The position numbers were made by a program, and so were the translations under genes. From the IMG/VR virus record IMGVR_UViG_3300030943_000012: a DNA stretch of 64,000 bases. One strand, 5' to 3'. This DNA comes from an uncultured virus (IMG/VR IMGVR_UViG_3300030943_000012). Its lineage: Duplodnaviria > Heunggongvirae > Uroviricota > Caudoviricetes. The notes under the pieces are model-generated. The model was not told where the DNA came from. It saw only the letters and a list, made by a program, of their open reading frames with translations, and did no database searches. Of this stretch, positions 35,121 to 45,372 are shown piece by piece (positions within the stretch are counted from its first letter, which is position 1; each line of letters opens with the position of its first letter).

Positions 35121-35435
35121 ATGTGCTTAGGACCGCGAACTCTGTCCGACCCAGCAAATCTGATCGCCGCTGCTATCTTGCGAGAATCGCACGCCAAGGA
35201 TTTGAATAGCGTTTTCAACCTTGCGGATGCGATCGAACGTGCTATCGGCGCCGATTGGAGGACTATCGCTCCGGCCGCGCACCAGATTCACGACGGGCCC
35301 CTCAAAAAAGCCGCCCGCAATCTTGGCGCACTTGGCGAAGAAGGCTTTGAACGCCTCGCGCGGGGTGAAGCGGATCCTCAACTCACCGCCAGTCTCGAAC
35401 TCATCTACGAACGCACAAAAAGGAAGACCAAATGA
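35121..35435 (+). CDS. Hypothetical protein
   Basis: ATGA coupling to the next gene. Confidence 0.5.
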   Translation: MCLGPRTLSDPANLIAAAILRESHAKDLNSVFNLADAIERAIGADWRTIAPAAHQIHDGPLKKAARNLGALGEEGFERLARGEADPQLTASLELIYERTKRKTK

Positions 35436-36661
35436 CTCAAGTCGCTCTCCCCGCCCATCTTGCCAACAGGCAGGTTCGATCCCTCACCGAGCGCGCCAGC
35501 GAGGGCATGGGCTCGACGTTGCCGCCGCACATTTCGATCCAGGGGAACTCGTTCACCTTCATCGACGCGGCGGGCAATGAGTACGCACCGATGTTGACGT
35601 TCGACGCTGTCGTCGTCGATGTCAGTGACGCGATGTGCAAGCGGTTCTACGACAAGCCGTTCGACCCCAATGCCTCGACCTTCGAGCCGCCGGCATGCTG
35701 GTCGGCCAACGGCTTGGCACCGTCGCGCGAGGCAACCAAGCCGCAGGCACCGACCTGCGCGGACTGTCCGCAGAACGTGCGGGGCTCGGCGATCTCGCGG
35801 ATGTCCGGCGCCGCGATCAAGGCGTGTCGGGACGAGAAGTGGATCGCGATCATGGTGCCGCAGATGCCGCAGATGATTTTCCAACTGGTGATCACGCCCG
35901 GCTCGTTCGGCAACTGGAAGGGTTACACCGAGGGCCTGCGCAATTTCGGCTGTGAACTCAGCCTGACGGTCACCCGGTTCAGCTTCACACCGAAGAAGAC
36001 CGGCGAGATCATGTTCGAGCGGATCGACTGGGTGGCGGCGGAGACGGCCGACCAGGTCGAGGCGGCGGTGCGCGAGAAGAAGACCGATGCGATCGTCGGT
36101 CGGAACGACCAGCCGCGGCTGGCGGGGCCGGCACCTGTTGCGCAGATCAACGGTCCGAACCAGCAGATCCACCAGGCGGCCTTTGAGGGCGTGCAGCAGT
36201 TCGTCCAGCAGATCCCGGTGCAGGAGGTCATCCCGCCCGGCGCCGCCCCTTTCGTGCAGGCCGCTGCCCCGACTGTGGCGGCCCAACCGATGCAGCAGGT
36301 CATGCCCTTTCCGCAGGGCGCGGCTGCTACCGGTGCCACGCCGACTTCGGCGACGACATCCCCTTCTGAAGCCCCCCGGCGTCGCCGGCGGACGCAGGCG
36401 GAGATCCAGGCGGCCAACGGCGCAGCGGCGGCTGGCGCGGCCCCACAGCCGGCCCAGCAACAGTTCGTCCAGCAGCCGGTGGCACAGCAGCCCGCTCCGG
36501 CGGCCGCGCCCCAGGCGCCCTTCCCTGTGGCCGGGCAAGCACCGAGCACGTTCCCCGGCCCCGCCGCGGCGCCCCAGGCCCAGTTCGGGATGGCCCCCGG
36601 CGCTCCGGTCAACCAGGATATGGCGGCGATGCTGTCCCAGATGGGGTTCAAGCAGGGATGA
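35432..36661 (+). CDS. Putative ssDNA-binding/annealing protein with Q/P/A-rich tail
   Basis: PACWSANG...CADCPQN..GS...KAC cysteine cluster; RRRRRTQAEI; low-complexity C-terminus. Confidence 0.65.
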   Translation: MTQVALPAHLANRQVRSLTERASEGMGSTLPPHISIQGNSFTFIDAAGNEYAPMLTFDAVVVDVSDAMCKRFYDKPFDPNASTFEPPACWSANGLAPSREATKPQAPTCADCPQNVRGSAISRMSGAAIKACRDEKWIAIMVPQMPQMIFQLVITPGSFGNWKGYTEGLRNFGCELSLTVTRFSFTPKKTGEIMFERIDWVAAETADQVEAAVREKKTDAIVGRNDQPRLAGPAPVAQINGPNQQIHQAAFEGVQQFVQQIPVQEVIPPGAAPFVQAAAPTVAAQPMQQVMPFPQGAAATGATPTSATTSPSEAPRRRRRTQAEIQAANGAAAAGAAPQPAQQQFVQQPVAQQPAPAAAPQAPFPVAGQAPSTFPGPAAAPQAQFGMAPGAPVNQDMAAMLSQMGFKQG

Positions 36662-36833
36662 GCGCCCCGGAGCGCATGTGGCTGCCGCTGAAGGCGCTCG
36701 ACAGTGACCCCGAGCTTCGGCTCGGGGATATCCTGTGGCTTGATAGGGCGGAAACGACGCGCGGCGTCTGGCGGCAGAAGATGCGGGTCGAGGTGATCCA
36801 CCGGCATGGCTATGTGCTGGAGAAGGTCGAGAC

Positions 36834-37223
36834 CTAGCCGTGCGGATCCACGATCGCGTGCCCGGCAATCGAGCGCAGATGCACCCGGGTCCGACCTTGG
36901 CCGCTGTTGGCGTCAAACACGCGCCACACCGCCCCGCCGATGTGCTCCTTCAGAACGAAGACATGGTGGCGCCGGACGGCTACCATTCCCGCTGCGGGCA
37001 TGGTGCGCGGAAACTTAAACCAAGCGCGCGCGAGCCAGAGATCGCGAACAGGGCGGCCAAACACCTCGACGGCCGCGCCGCAGCCACAGAACGCCCGGCG
37101 CGGACATCCTGGGGGATGCCCGACGATCTGTCCGGCATAACCTGAAAACCTTGCGCGGGACGGCCGCGCCTCCGTCGGCGAGCAGAACATGATGAGCGCG
37201 ATAATCAGCATGGCCCGTTTCAT
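36834..37223 (-). CDS. Secreted CHAP/NlpC-like protein
   Basis: Signal peptide; FCGC...WLARAW...HHVFVL...DANSG. Confidence 0.6.
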   Translation of the reverse strand: MKRAMLIIALIMFCSPTEARPSRARFSGYAGQIVGHPPGCPRRAFCGCGAAVEVFGRPVRDLWLARAWFKFPRTMPAAGMVAVRRHHVFVLKEHIGGAVWRVFDANSGQGRTRVHLRSIAGHAIVDPHG

Positions 37224-37310
37224 AGCGGTCTCCCGGTTATGGAACCGAAAATAGACCTGTCGCGGTCGATAGAATCAATCTTGACGGGGGTTTTTGTTTG
37301 GGGCAGCGCG

Positions 37311-37682
37311 TTAGAGGTGCATGCGGCGGAGCACCGTCGCAAGCCGGCTGCGCTGGACTACACGCGACCGGTTTCGCAGGCCGATCTGGCTGGTCGGCGG
37401 AGATCGCAGATGCAGTGCCATGGCATTTACCGCCAAGTTACCGACACCGGCGACGACAAGACCCAGCACGGGCAGCGACGGCTCCCACGACTGGTCGAAG
37501 ACCGAGTAGCAGAGCGCGAGGGCGACGATGATAAACGCCAGACGGCGCATCCAGCGCAGCGGGAGCGGGTCGACCCGGTTGATGCGATCGTGTTCGGTCT
37601 TCTGCATCACGTAGATCGCGAGCGCCGCGCCGAGCAGCGCCGTTGAGTCGTAGGCTGTCGGAACCCATGCCATGCTGCTCAT
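37311..37682 (-). CDS. Membrane protein
   Basis: Three hydrophobic segments; ATGA coupling. Confidence 0.6.
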   Translation of the reverse strand: MSSMAWVPTAYDSTALLGAALAIYVMQKTEHDRINRVDPLPLRWMRRLAFIIVALALCYSVFDQSWEPSLPVLGLVVAGVGNLAVNAMALHLRSPPTSQIGLRNRSRVVQRSRLATVLRRMHL

Positions 37683-37972
37683 TCTTTGGCTCCTCCGAAT
37701 AATTTCCACGAGCCGCAAGATTCGACGATACCCTGACACACTGCCATGCCGGTCAGCCCTACGATGAACGCGGACGTAGCCGCAGAGGTTCCGAGAACCT
37801 TGGAGAGCACCACGCCAAGATAGTTGGCGGCGAATCCGCCCACGATGATGGAACCGATGATAGCCCACGGGTTGGATTTCTTGAAGACGAAAGCGTTAGC
37901 AACGCCCCCTGCGAACCCTGCCACGAGATCCTGCAGGTGCAGGCCGAGCGACGCCAAAAAATCGTCGGACAT
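37679..37972 (-). CDS. Holin-like 3-TM protein
   Basis: Hydrophobic AGFAGG...; in the lysis region. Confidence 0.6.
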   Translation of the reverse strand: MSDDFLASLGLHLQDLVAGFAGGVANAFVFKKSNPWAIIGSIIVGGFAANYLGVVLSKVLGTSAATSAFIVGLTGMAVCQGIVESCGSWKLFGGAKE

Positions 37973-38431
37973 CTACCTCGCCTTCGCTACCATGCTCGCA
38001 AGCAGCAGCATGTCCCTGGGTGTGACGCGGCTGAACTTAACGGCCATCTCCGGGGGAAACAATCCGCTTTCGGCCAGCGCCGCGCCTAGCAACTCGCTGC
38101 AAAACCACTTGTCCGGGCTTTGCCAATCCCGTCGGCTGTAGAACGCCACAATTGCAACCGCATCGTAGGGCTTGCCGATCTGGCTGGTCAAGAAGTTAAA
38201 ATATCGGTCGCTTTGTTCCCGGTTGGCCTCGAGGTCGAGGCGGAACTCGCGGGTATACCCTCCGGCGTCGTAGTCGCCCGGGCGCGCCTGCACGCCGCCA
38301 AGGAACCGCGCGCCGAGCAGGCGGCCGTCCCGCATCACGGCGTCGCAGTGGCTGGCCCAGAAGCCGTATTGAGCGGCCTTGCAGGCGAGGTCGAATATAC
38401 CGGGGTGCGAGACGAACCGGAGGGTGATCAC
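37973..38431 (-). CDS. Permuted papain-like (YiiX/NlpC-P60) amidase
   Basis: SHCD, QIGKPYD, KWFCSEL, RVTP. Confidence 0.8.
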   Translation of the reverse strand: MITLRFVSHPGIFDLACKAAQYGFWASHCDAVMRDGRLLGARFLGGVQARPGDYDAGGYTREFRLDLEANREQSDRYFNFLTSQIGKPYDAVAIVAFYSRRDWQSPDKWFCSELLGAALAESGLFPPEMAVKFSRVTPRDMLLLASMVAKAR

Positions 38432-38446
38432 CTGGGTGTGGCCGGG

Positions 38447-38659
38447 TCAGTCGAGCGGCGCGTTGAAGTCGTCGATCATCTTGTCCAGCGCCACCTCGGT
38501 CGCGGTCAGCTGGGCGTCGGTCACGGTGCCAGCCTGGGCGCCCGTCACGAGATCGGTGACGACCTTGACCGCGGGGGCCACTTCCTTGCCGACCGCGACC
38601 GCGGTGGTGATAATGCTCATGCCCTTGGCGACGAGCCCGAGAATCGCTGCGATATCCAT
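38447..38659 (-). CDS. Small hydrophobic protein
   Basis: GGAGG RBS; lysis region. Confidence 0.6.
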   Translation of the reverse strand: MDIAAILGLVAKGMSIITTAVAVGKEVAPAVKVVTDLVTGAQAGTVTDAQLTATEVALDKMIDDFNAPLD

Positions 38660-38660
38660 G

Positions 38661-39095
38661 TCAGCCTCCGACCGCGACGCCGCCAGCGGCGGCCTGTGAT
38701 TTGACGGTCGTGATCAGCGAGGTGAGCTCGTTGAACACGGTGATGGCGTTGACTTGGTCGTTGTTCCGCACGAAAGCGCGGAGCTGCGTGAGGTATGGCG
38801 GGATCTGGCGAGTGTAAACCTGCACCGCGCCGATCTGCGCCTTGCAGATGCTCGGGATCAGCCCCTGGACGCAGGATGTCCGCCATGCGTTGAGGCCGGC
38901 GAACACGAGGGTGGCGCTGCTCTCGATCTGGTTCAGGCGGGTGGGGGTGACCGGATTGGCGATCGAGGCGGTGCCGATGCTGACGGCTGTGGCAACTGCG
39001 TTGATGCCCGATTCAATTCGCGTGCCGAACTGGGTGGCGCACCCGCCCAGTGCCAGCGCGGCAAGGAGTGGGAGGGCAAGGAGGGCCTTCTTCAT
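38661..39095 (-). CDS. Lipoprotein (possible spanin component)
   Basis: MKK-hydrophobic-LGGC lipobox. Confidence 0.7.
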   Translation of the reverse strand: MKKALLALPLLAALALGGCATQFGTRIESGINAVATAVSIGTASIANPVTPTRLNQIESSATLVFAGLNAWRTSCVQGLIPSICKAQIGAVQVYTRQIPPYLTQLRAFVRNNDQVNAITVFNELTSLITTVKSQAAAGGVAVGG

Positions 39096-39448
39096 GGGGT
39101 GACCTTCGCGGTTTGGGCGACGACCAAACGGTCGCCCTCCATGGGGGAAATCTTGTCGACGGCGGGGTCCATTGCCATAGCGGCAAGGGCGGGGCTGGCG
39201 TCCTTGTTGATCCGCAGACGCTCGACACCTGGCATCTGCAGCACCTGCTTGACCTGTGCGTCCTGGCTCAGGGTGCCGGTGATTGCGGCCATGACCGACT
39301 GCAGGATGAGGTTGCCTAGGCCGGCGACGGAGACCACCGTCTTGGCAATGCCAGCGCCGAACAGGTCGGTGAGCTGGGCGGTGGAGATCATCAGCACGCT
39401 GAGCACCGCGCCGACGATGGAGATGATCTGCTTGCCGTTGAGGTTCAC
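39092..39448 (-). CDS. Putative holin
   Basis: Two TM segments, directly after the endolysin. Confidence 0.6.
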   Translation of the reverse strand: MNLNGKQIISIVGAVLSVLMISTAQLTDLFGAGIAKTVVSVAGLGNLILQSVMAAITGTLSQDAQVKQVLQMPGVERLRINKDASPALAAMAMDPAVDKISPMEGDRLVVAQTAKVTP

Positions 39449-39457
39449 CGTGCTCTC

Positions 39458-40054
39458 CTATGCCGGGTGCCCGCCGCCGGGATGGCGCCGGACGATCTCC
39501 GCTTGCACTGCCTTGACGAGATCGGCCTTGACCATGTTCTTGCCGGGGCAGGTCTTGTGGGTGGTCTTGGGGTCTTCCTTGTGAAAGTGTAGTCCACGCA
39601 CGCCCCGCTCGTAGGGCAGCGGTTGCAGTCCGGCCGCACTATGCAGGATAGCGAGCGCCGCGACAAGGTTGTCCTTGATCGGCCCGATGAACGGCTCGGT
39701 CTGGAATTCTCCGACCGTCTCGATTCCCCAGGAGATCGAATTCCAGGCGGGACTATGCACGCCGGGCCCGGTGAGCGGGGAGAACACGAGAATGCCCTTG
39801 GGCGTCACGAACAGGTGCGGCCCCGCCGACCATTTCTGAACATCCCGATAGTAGCCGACCAGGTTCTGCGCCCACTTCTCGTCGGTGATCGCTGGCTTGC
39901 GAGTCTGCCACTCGTTCCACTTCTTGAGATCCGGCGCCGAGGTGTTATGCACGACCACGAAGCGCGGCCGCCACAGGTTGAACTTCAGCGTCGCGACGTA
40001 CTTCTCGAACTGGTCGGGGGTGAAGGACTTTCCGACGATCGGTTTCCAAGCCAT
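39458..40054 (-). CDS. Endolysin, N-acetylmuramoyl-L-alanine amidase (Amidase_2)
   Basis: VVVHNT, GPHLFV, GVH..WNSISWGIE, HFHKE...HKTCPG. Confidence 0.9.
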   Translation of the reverse strand: MAWKPIVGKSFTPDQFEKYVATLKFNLWRPRFVVVHNTSAPDLKKWNEWQTRKPAITDEKWAQNLVGYYRDVQKWSAGPHLFVTPKGILVFSPLTGPGVHSPAWNSISWGIETVGEFQTEPFIGPIKDNLVAALAILHSAAGLQPLPYERGVRGLHFHKEDPKTTHKTCPGKNMVKADLVKAVQAEIVRRHPGGGHPA

Positions 40055-41734
40055 CTACTTTTCTCCGGGAGTTGCTTGATCCAGCCTATCTAAAATGACC
40101 CCAAGCACCGCCGCAAGCAGGGGAACTACGCGCGCGTAATCGGCCACTTGGTAGCGTGGGGTACCGTTCTCGTCTACCTCCCCACGCTTACCCACAACGG
40201 CGCGTGGCATGGCCTCCTGCAGATGGTGGGCGAGGAACATGAATTCCCTGTCCTCCGAAGAACTCGCTATCATGCGGCCAAGGACTGGGCGTAGCTTACG
40301 AAACGCTTCTATCGCCAAACCTGGCGGCGCAGGTTCAATATCAGTCTTCAAACGCTCGTCGGATGACGACAGATACAGCACGCCGGAAGCACCGTCGCCG
40401 GCGATTGTCCCTACTGAATGCCCGGAGACCATGGAATGGAACCCTGCGTAGGCCCCGTTTACGCTGTCGAAAGCAAGCGTGAGCGCGGCGAAGCCTCCGG
40501 CCTTCCCAACCGCCTGCAAAGGCGACGTGCCGAAAGTAGAATTTCCTATGCGACGGCCGTTAGGGAGGTTCCCGATGTTTTCGAGAATTGCGCCCGCCGC
40601 AAGGTCTGCGGAATAGGAGGGGGACAAGCCGTGGTGGACGTAGATGCTACCCCACGTCGTCGAGTTCCCGTTGGCATAGAACATCGCGTTGTTATCGTAA
40701 ACCGTTCCGTACACGTAGTTTCCCGCCCAGCCCTGCCCGATGATTCCGCTGGCACTGCCCTCCGAAATTTTCTGGTTCGCCCACTGCAGAAAATCGACGA
40801 TCGACCCTTGGATACGGACCCATGCCGCCAAGTCAGCCGAAGGAACGCCCGCATTGAGGTTTGGATCGTACACGATGCCGTTGGCGATCACGCCAATTTC
40901 TCCGAAGATGACGCAGTATTTCGGAAGATAGTTGGAAAAGTACCCTTTCCATATCGCTATTGATCGGAAATCAGTATCAGCAGGTGCTGGGTAGTAGTGA
41001 ACGTTGAGAATCAGATTGGGGTCACCGGCAAAGGTCGGATCGGTTGTCAGGATACTATCGATCAGGTCGATGCGGGTAGCGTAACCCGGCGGGTCTACGA
41101 CGATCGGATTTTTCCACCCAGCACTCCGCAAGCACGACAGGCATGGCTGGACTTTGTAGTACCAGGTAACTGGATTGCTGGCGTTAGGTAAATCCCATCC
41201 GGCAGGCTCGTTCCATGGGTTGATCCACACCATCGGATTACTGGCGTACCGCGTAACGAGAAAGGGCAAAAAATCCGTAACGACGGTCGTCGGGCAGGCA
41301 TCGTGCCCCATCTGCAGCTGAACAACCATCCCATGTTCGTTCGCAATTTCGATGATTTTGTCCATCATCTCGACGTCAGACGGGTAAGCCTGCCCATCGG
41401 TGGGATCGACATAGGAGAGCGTCGCGTATTGGACCGCCGGCTCCATAGCAAGGCGGATCATGTTAACGTTCTGTCGCCACGCCTTCGCTATCTGCTCTCG
41501 AACATAGGCTTCGTTCTTGTAAAAAAGGCGCGCGGCGTATGTGGGTTCGCTTACGCCAATCGCTGGACCAGCCCATGGCGGACTCAGTATTTTACGGAAC
41601 CTCAAGTCGTCTCTGGGTTCGAACGAGCACAGCAGGTAATCGAACATCGTAATTCCGCGCGCGACGAACCTACTGCCGCCTGGTGCGCGGATGGTTCGGT
41701 TAGGAAGCACTTGGTATGGGAGCATAAAACGCAT
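40055..41734 (-). CDS. GH5-like glycoside hydrolase with C-terminal S74 intramolecular chaperone (tailspike/depolymerase)
   Basis: NMIRL, WNEP, NVHYY, FGEIG; SSDERLKTDI...FLAHHLQE...DYARVVPLL. Confidence 0.8.
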   Translation of the reverse strand: MRFMLPYQVLPNRTIRAPGGSRFVARGITMFDYLLCSFEPRDDLRFRKILSPPWAGPAIGVSEPTYAARLFYKNEAYVREQIAKAWRQNVNMIRLAMEPAVQYATLSYVDPTDGQAYPSDVEMMDKIIEIANEHGMVVQLQMGHDACPTTVVTDFLPFLVTRYASNPMVWINPWNEPAGWDLPNASNPVTWYYKVQPCLSCLRSAGWKNPIVVDPPGYATRIDLIDSILTTDPTFAGDPNLILNVHYYPAPADTDFRSIAIWKGYFSNYLPKYCVIFGEIGVIANGIVYDPNLNAGVPSADLAAWVRIQGSIVDFLQWANQKISEGSASGIIGQGWAGNYVYGTVYDNNAMFYANGNSTTWGSIYVHHGLSPSYSADLAAGAILENIGNLPNGRRIGNSTFGTSPLQAVGKAGGFAALTLAFDSVNGAYAGFHSMVSGHSVGTIAGDGASGVLYLSSSDERLKTDIEPAPPGLAIEAFRKLRPVLGRMIASSSEDREFMFLAHHLQEAMPRAVVGKRGEVDENGTPRYQVADYARVVPLLAAVLGVILDRLDQATPGEK

Positions 41735-41752
41735 CCTTTTGCGCGAGCTGAA

Positions 41753-44700
41753 CTATCCCTGTATCTCTTCCATAAAAAGTGGAGCCCACGGCGTTGCCGG
41801 GCTTTCGGGATAGTTTACCGCCGTCACATTATCCGAAGATGCCATGTACACCGCATAAGTTTGCGAAGATGTGGAGTTTGGAAAATCTAGACCTTCCATA
41901 TAAGTAGATACTCGCAAGTTTAGAACGCCCGCGAAGTACGCCGAAGCAAGGTCTGTTGACCCATTCCGGCGCAAGACTAATTGCCCCGCAGTGCCAGCGC
42001 CGGTTGGCCGCGCGCTTCCTCCAGCGCGAACCGAAATCAAGTTGGCCGCGCTGACCGGAGTGATTGTCGAACTTACGGAAGTCGCCGCATAGCTCGAACT
42101 CGTAAATGACGAAGTAGTGCTTGAGGTGAAAGAAACCAGCTGAACTCTATCGCCTGGCTTTTTCACTCCGGGACCGAAGACCTGTACAAAACTCGGTGCC
42201 GTTGCGTAGGTACCGGCAGTGGCAAGACCGGTCGAGTTATACTCCACGTACCCGATAATGCGGAAAGCCTTGGCTGTGATGGCGCCTCCTTGGGCGTAAA
42301 ACACGCCTGCGTTAACTGCCCCCGCGCCTATTCCCAGCGCCGACGCCACGCCAGTTTCGTCAAGAGGGTATATTCGAGTTGGCGAAGATGCGTTGTAAAG
42401 CGCCAGCACGTTAGTGCCCGAGTTGTTGAATGCCACCACCCAGAACCGAAATGCCGAGTTGTTCGCAGAGCCAAGCGTTACACCCGTGCTTCCTGTGCTG
42501 ATTGATATCGCAGAAGTTTGCGCAACAAGGGTCGTCGTCCCAGTCCCTGCGGTGGCACTTCGATAGTTTATATAGCACGGAGAAGTGGCCGACAGCGCGC
42601 TGCCGCCCGCGTCCGTGAGCGTAACCGTCAAAAGGTTGGTTGCCACTGATGCCGCGATAGCGCAGTTATGCCCTGTGTTTAGCGATGCGTATCGCCCGTC
42701 AAACTGAATTTGGTTGGCGGTGTTTGTAACACCGCCAGCGAGCGTGAAAGAGCCGGTATTACCTGCGATTGAAGCGACTGATCCTGCAGAGGCGATTGAC
42801 GAGACGGAGGCGCGTTTGAGCGCGCCAGAAGCAGCGTTGTCAGCCAACAAAAGCTCGTCGCTCGCTGCCGGCGAAGCCTTCAGAGTAAGCGCGGCGATCG
42901 TTGAATCTTGCGGAGCCGCCGGAGACCCTGTGAAGTTTCCTTTCAATGTATAGACCGCGGCATTGGCGAGCATCGAGTTTGCTACCTGAGAAGCGCCGAT
43001 CGTAACCACTCCGGAAGCGCTGATGGTAGCATTGCCGCTTACGGTATTCCACGTCGGAGCAACACCGGTCTGTCCAAGCAACACCTGCGCGCTGGTACCG
43101 GCAACCGTAGTTGACGGGGATCCGCCGATGCCCCCGCCGAGCATGACGCCATTGGCGGTAAGGACCGAAGACGACGCCATCACGGTGCCAGAACTGAAAT
43201 ACGCGACGCCGCCGGAGGATGCGCTGGTCGGGTGCGATACCGTTGCCCATGTCGGGGCCGCAGAAGCGCCAGATAGCAACGGCAGTGCGGCCGTCGCGGT
43301 TGGTGCGAGCAAAGCAATTGCGCTTGCTGTCGAATACGGAATTGCTCCCAGTGCAGCCGTCAAGTTGGCATTTGTGCCGCCATTAGCAAGCGGCAGGATT
43401 CCAGAGACGTCGGCAGTTAGAGAAACAGCACCAAACGTCGGGGCGCCGGCTGCGTTACCGTGCAGGACCGTCGTGGTGGTGCCCAGGGAAGCCATGGGCG
43501 TGGGCGTGGCGCCGGCACCTCCGCCGAGCACTAGAGCGTTCGCGGTCAGGGCGGCGGACGAGGCAAGGGTGCCCGATCCAGTGTATCCGAGGATGCCGCC
43601 GCTGGTCCCGCTAGCCAACGCTGTGCCGCCGCCAGATACCGGAATGATGGTTGAGAAGGCATAAGTTCCGGCACCCGTGCGGTTGATGTAGCCCGTGGAC
43701 GAGAAGCCCGTGATGTTGTCGAGGCACGTCCCCGACGCCCCGGTGCAGTTGGTGCCGCCTCCGCCGATGCCGAGCGTGCCGAACGACATGGCAGTTGCCC
43801 CGCCCCCACCAGAAACGAGCGGCTGCCCAGTGCTTCCAGCCGTAGTCGGCAAGTTGAAATTATAGGCAACCACGGTGGTCGGGGACTGCACCGTCACGCC
43901 AGCTCCGGCCGCGGAGTTCATAACCAGCTGACCAGTCACGCCGCCGGCCGCGCCCAGAGACAGCGCCGGCGACACCCATGTCATGTTCGGACTGCCCGCC
44001 AATGACGTGCTGCTGTTGAATTGCACCTGCGTGTTCGCGCCGCCGGCCGACCCCGCGCCCGAGGCGCAGGCCGCCCAGATGGGGTCCGCGGAAAGCCCTT
44101 GGCTGAGCAGGCAGTAGCCGGTGTTCGAGGTGGTCGTGGAGGTGAAGGTCGAGCTCCCCTGCGCCAGCAGCACGCCGTGCGCCGTATAGCTCGACGCGAA
44201 CGGAATGCTGTTGACGCTGCCGAGCGTGACCGCGCCGGTGGAAGACACCGAACTGACGTCGCCAGTCAAAGTGCGTGGAGTGGGGGCACCGCCGGTTTGG
44301 CCGACGACCATCTGCCCGTCTGTCAGAGCCGTCGTCGACAAAAGCGCCGCGGTCGAGGAAAAATAAGGCACTCCCCATGCCGTACCGCCGCAGTCCTGGA
44401 GCACGCCGGAAGTGTTGTTGACGCAGACGGCGTGGCCGACAGCAAATGCACCAGTGCCGGTCAAGAACGTGCCGCCACCCGAAGGCAGTGTGAGAGAGGT
44501 GCCGTTGAGGACAAACTGGAGGTTCTGCGCAGTCGCCGTGCCGTAGTTCTGCAAGCTGATCTTGGCGGGCCCGGAGGTGGCGGCCTGAAGGCAGAGCTGG
44601 TTGCGCCCGGCGGCGCTGGCGCGATCGGAACTAACACAGATTCCGTCAGCGGCGTCGCGCGTCACGCCAAACGTGGTGAGCGGCGAGTCGGTGGCGCTAT

Positions 44701-44836
44701 TGCCCCCCTTGATGATCCCGGTACCGCCCCAGATCGGCGACGTGTTGTTCGTCGAAGGGCCGGATTGCTGGACGGATTGCGCGTAGGCGCCGCCGATCGA
44801 TGCAACCAGCAGGAGGACTGAAAGAATCCGCTTCAT
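41753..44836 (-). CDS. Tail fibre protein (1027 aa)
   Basis: G/S/T/A-rich repeats (GGGGT, PVSGGGT, PLANGGT, QVQFN); located before the tailspike. Confidence 0.8.
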   Translation of the reverse strand: MKRILSVLLLVASIGGAYAQSVQQSGPSTNNTSPIWGGTGIIKGGNSATDSPLTTFGVTRDAADGICVSSDRASAAGRNQLCLQAATSGPAKISLQNYGTATAQNLQFVLNGTSLTLPSGGGTFLTGTGAFAVGHAVCVNNTSGVLQDCGGTAWGVPYFSSTAALLSTTALTDGQMVVGQTGGAPTPRTLTGDVSSVSSTGAVTLGSVNSIPFASSYTAHGVLLAQGSSTFTSTTTSNTGYCLLSQGLSADPIWAACASGAGSAGGANTQVQFNSSTSLAGSPNMTWVSPALSLGAAGGVTGQLVMNSAAGAGVTVQSPTTVVAYNFNLPTTAGSTGQPLVSGGGGATAMSFGTLGIGGGGTNCTGASGTCLDNITGFSSTGYINRTGAGTYAFSTIIPVSGGGTALASGTSGGILGYTGSGTLASSAALTANALVLGGGAGATPTPMASLGTTTTVLHGNAAGAPTFGAVSLTADVSGILPLANGGTNANLTAALGAIPYSTASAIALLAPTATAALPLLSGASAAPTWATVSHPTSASSGGVAYFSSGTVMASSSVLTANGVMLGGGIGGSPSTTVAGTSAQVLLGQTGVAPTWNTVSGNATISASGVVTIGASQVANSMLANAAVYTLKGNFTGSPAAPQDSTIAALTLKASPAASDELLLADNAASGALKRASVSSIASAGSVASIAGNTGSFTLAGGVTNTANQIQFDGRYASLNTGHNCAIAASVATNLLTVTLTDAGGSALSATSPCYINYRSATAGTGTTTLVAQTSAISISTGSTGVTLGSANNSAFRFWVVAFNNSGTNVLALYNASSPTRIYPLDETGVASALGIGAGAVNAGVFYAQGGAITAKAFRIIGYVEYNSTGLATAGTYATAPSFVQVFGPGVKKPGDRVQLVSFTSSTTSSFTSSSYAATSVSSTITPVSAANLISVRAGGSARPTGAGTAGQLVLRRNGSTDLASAYFAGVLNLRVSTYMEGLDFPNSTSSQTYAVYMASSDNVTAVNYPESPATPWAPLFMEEIQG

Positions 44837-44837
44837 G

Positions 44838-45140
44838 TTACTTTCTCCGCGAAATCACATTGATCGCCAGCACGAACACCGCGTAGATCGTCAGCGAGAC
44901 GATCTGCTTCTCAGTCGGCTCGGGGGTGGTCATCCAGAGATAGAAGGCCGAGCCGACGGTCAGCAGCGTGAAGCACGCGGATAGCGCGACCAGCGCGCGC
45001 TGCGACAGCGCGGTGAGCGCCACCCCCAGCAGTTGGAGCGCGCCCCAGTCGATCGCAGCAGTCTTCGGCGGCGCGGCAGGCGCGGCGGGCCGTTGAACTT
45101 CAACCTGGTCGTCTACGAGTTCGAATTTGGGTAACGCCAT
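44838..45140 (-). CDS. Two-TM membrane protein
   Basis: GGAG RBS; hydrophobic C-terminal half. Confidence 0.6.
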   Translation of the reverse strand: MALPKFELVDDQVEVQRPAAPAAPPKTAAIDWGALQLLGVALTALSQRALVALSACFTLLTVGSAFYLWMTTPEPTEKQIVSLTIYAVFVLAINVISRRK

Positions 45141-45372
45141 TGGTGGGCTCCTCGGGCGCAACGCCCTTTGAAAAGTCGAAACCGGTTTCGTCGTCTTCAT
45201 CCGCGGGATCGCCGGGATGCTTGCGCAGGGCGACATAAACCGCGGTCACCACCTTGAGGGCGTCGATCTTGTCGGCGAGGCTCCGGGTGACGTCGCTCGA
45301 CCCCTTGGCATCCAGCGACACCGCGGTGGCCAGTTCGATCATCGCCGTCCGGATATCGTCGTTTGCCGCCAC
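45100..45372 (-). CDS. Hypothetical protein
   Basis: GAGG RBS; GTG start coupled to the previous stop. Confidence 0.6.
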   Translation of the reverse strand: MAANDDIRTAMIELATAVSLDAKGSSDVTRSLADKIDALKVVTAVYVALRKHPGDPADEDDETGFDFSKGVAPEEPTNGVTQIRTRRRPG

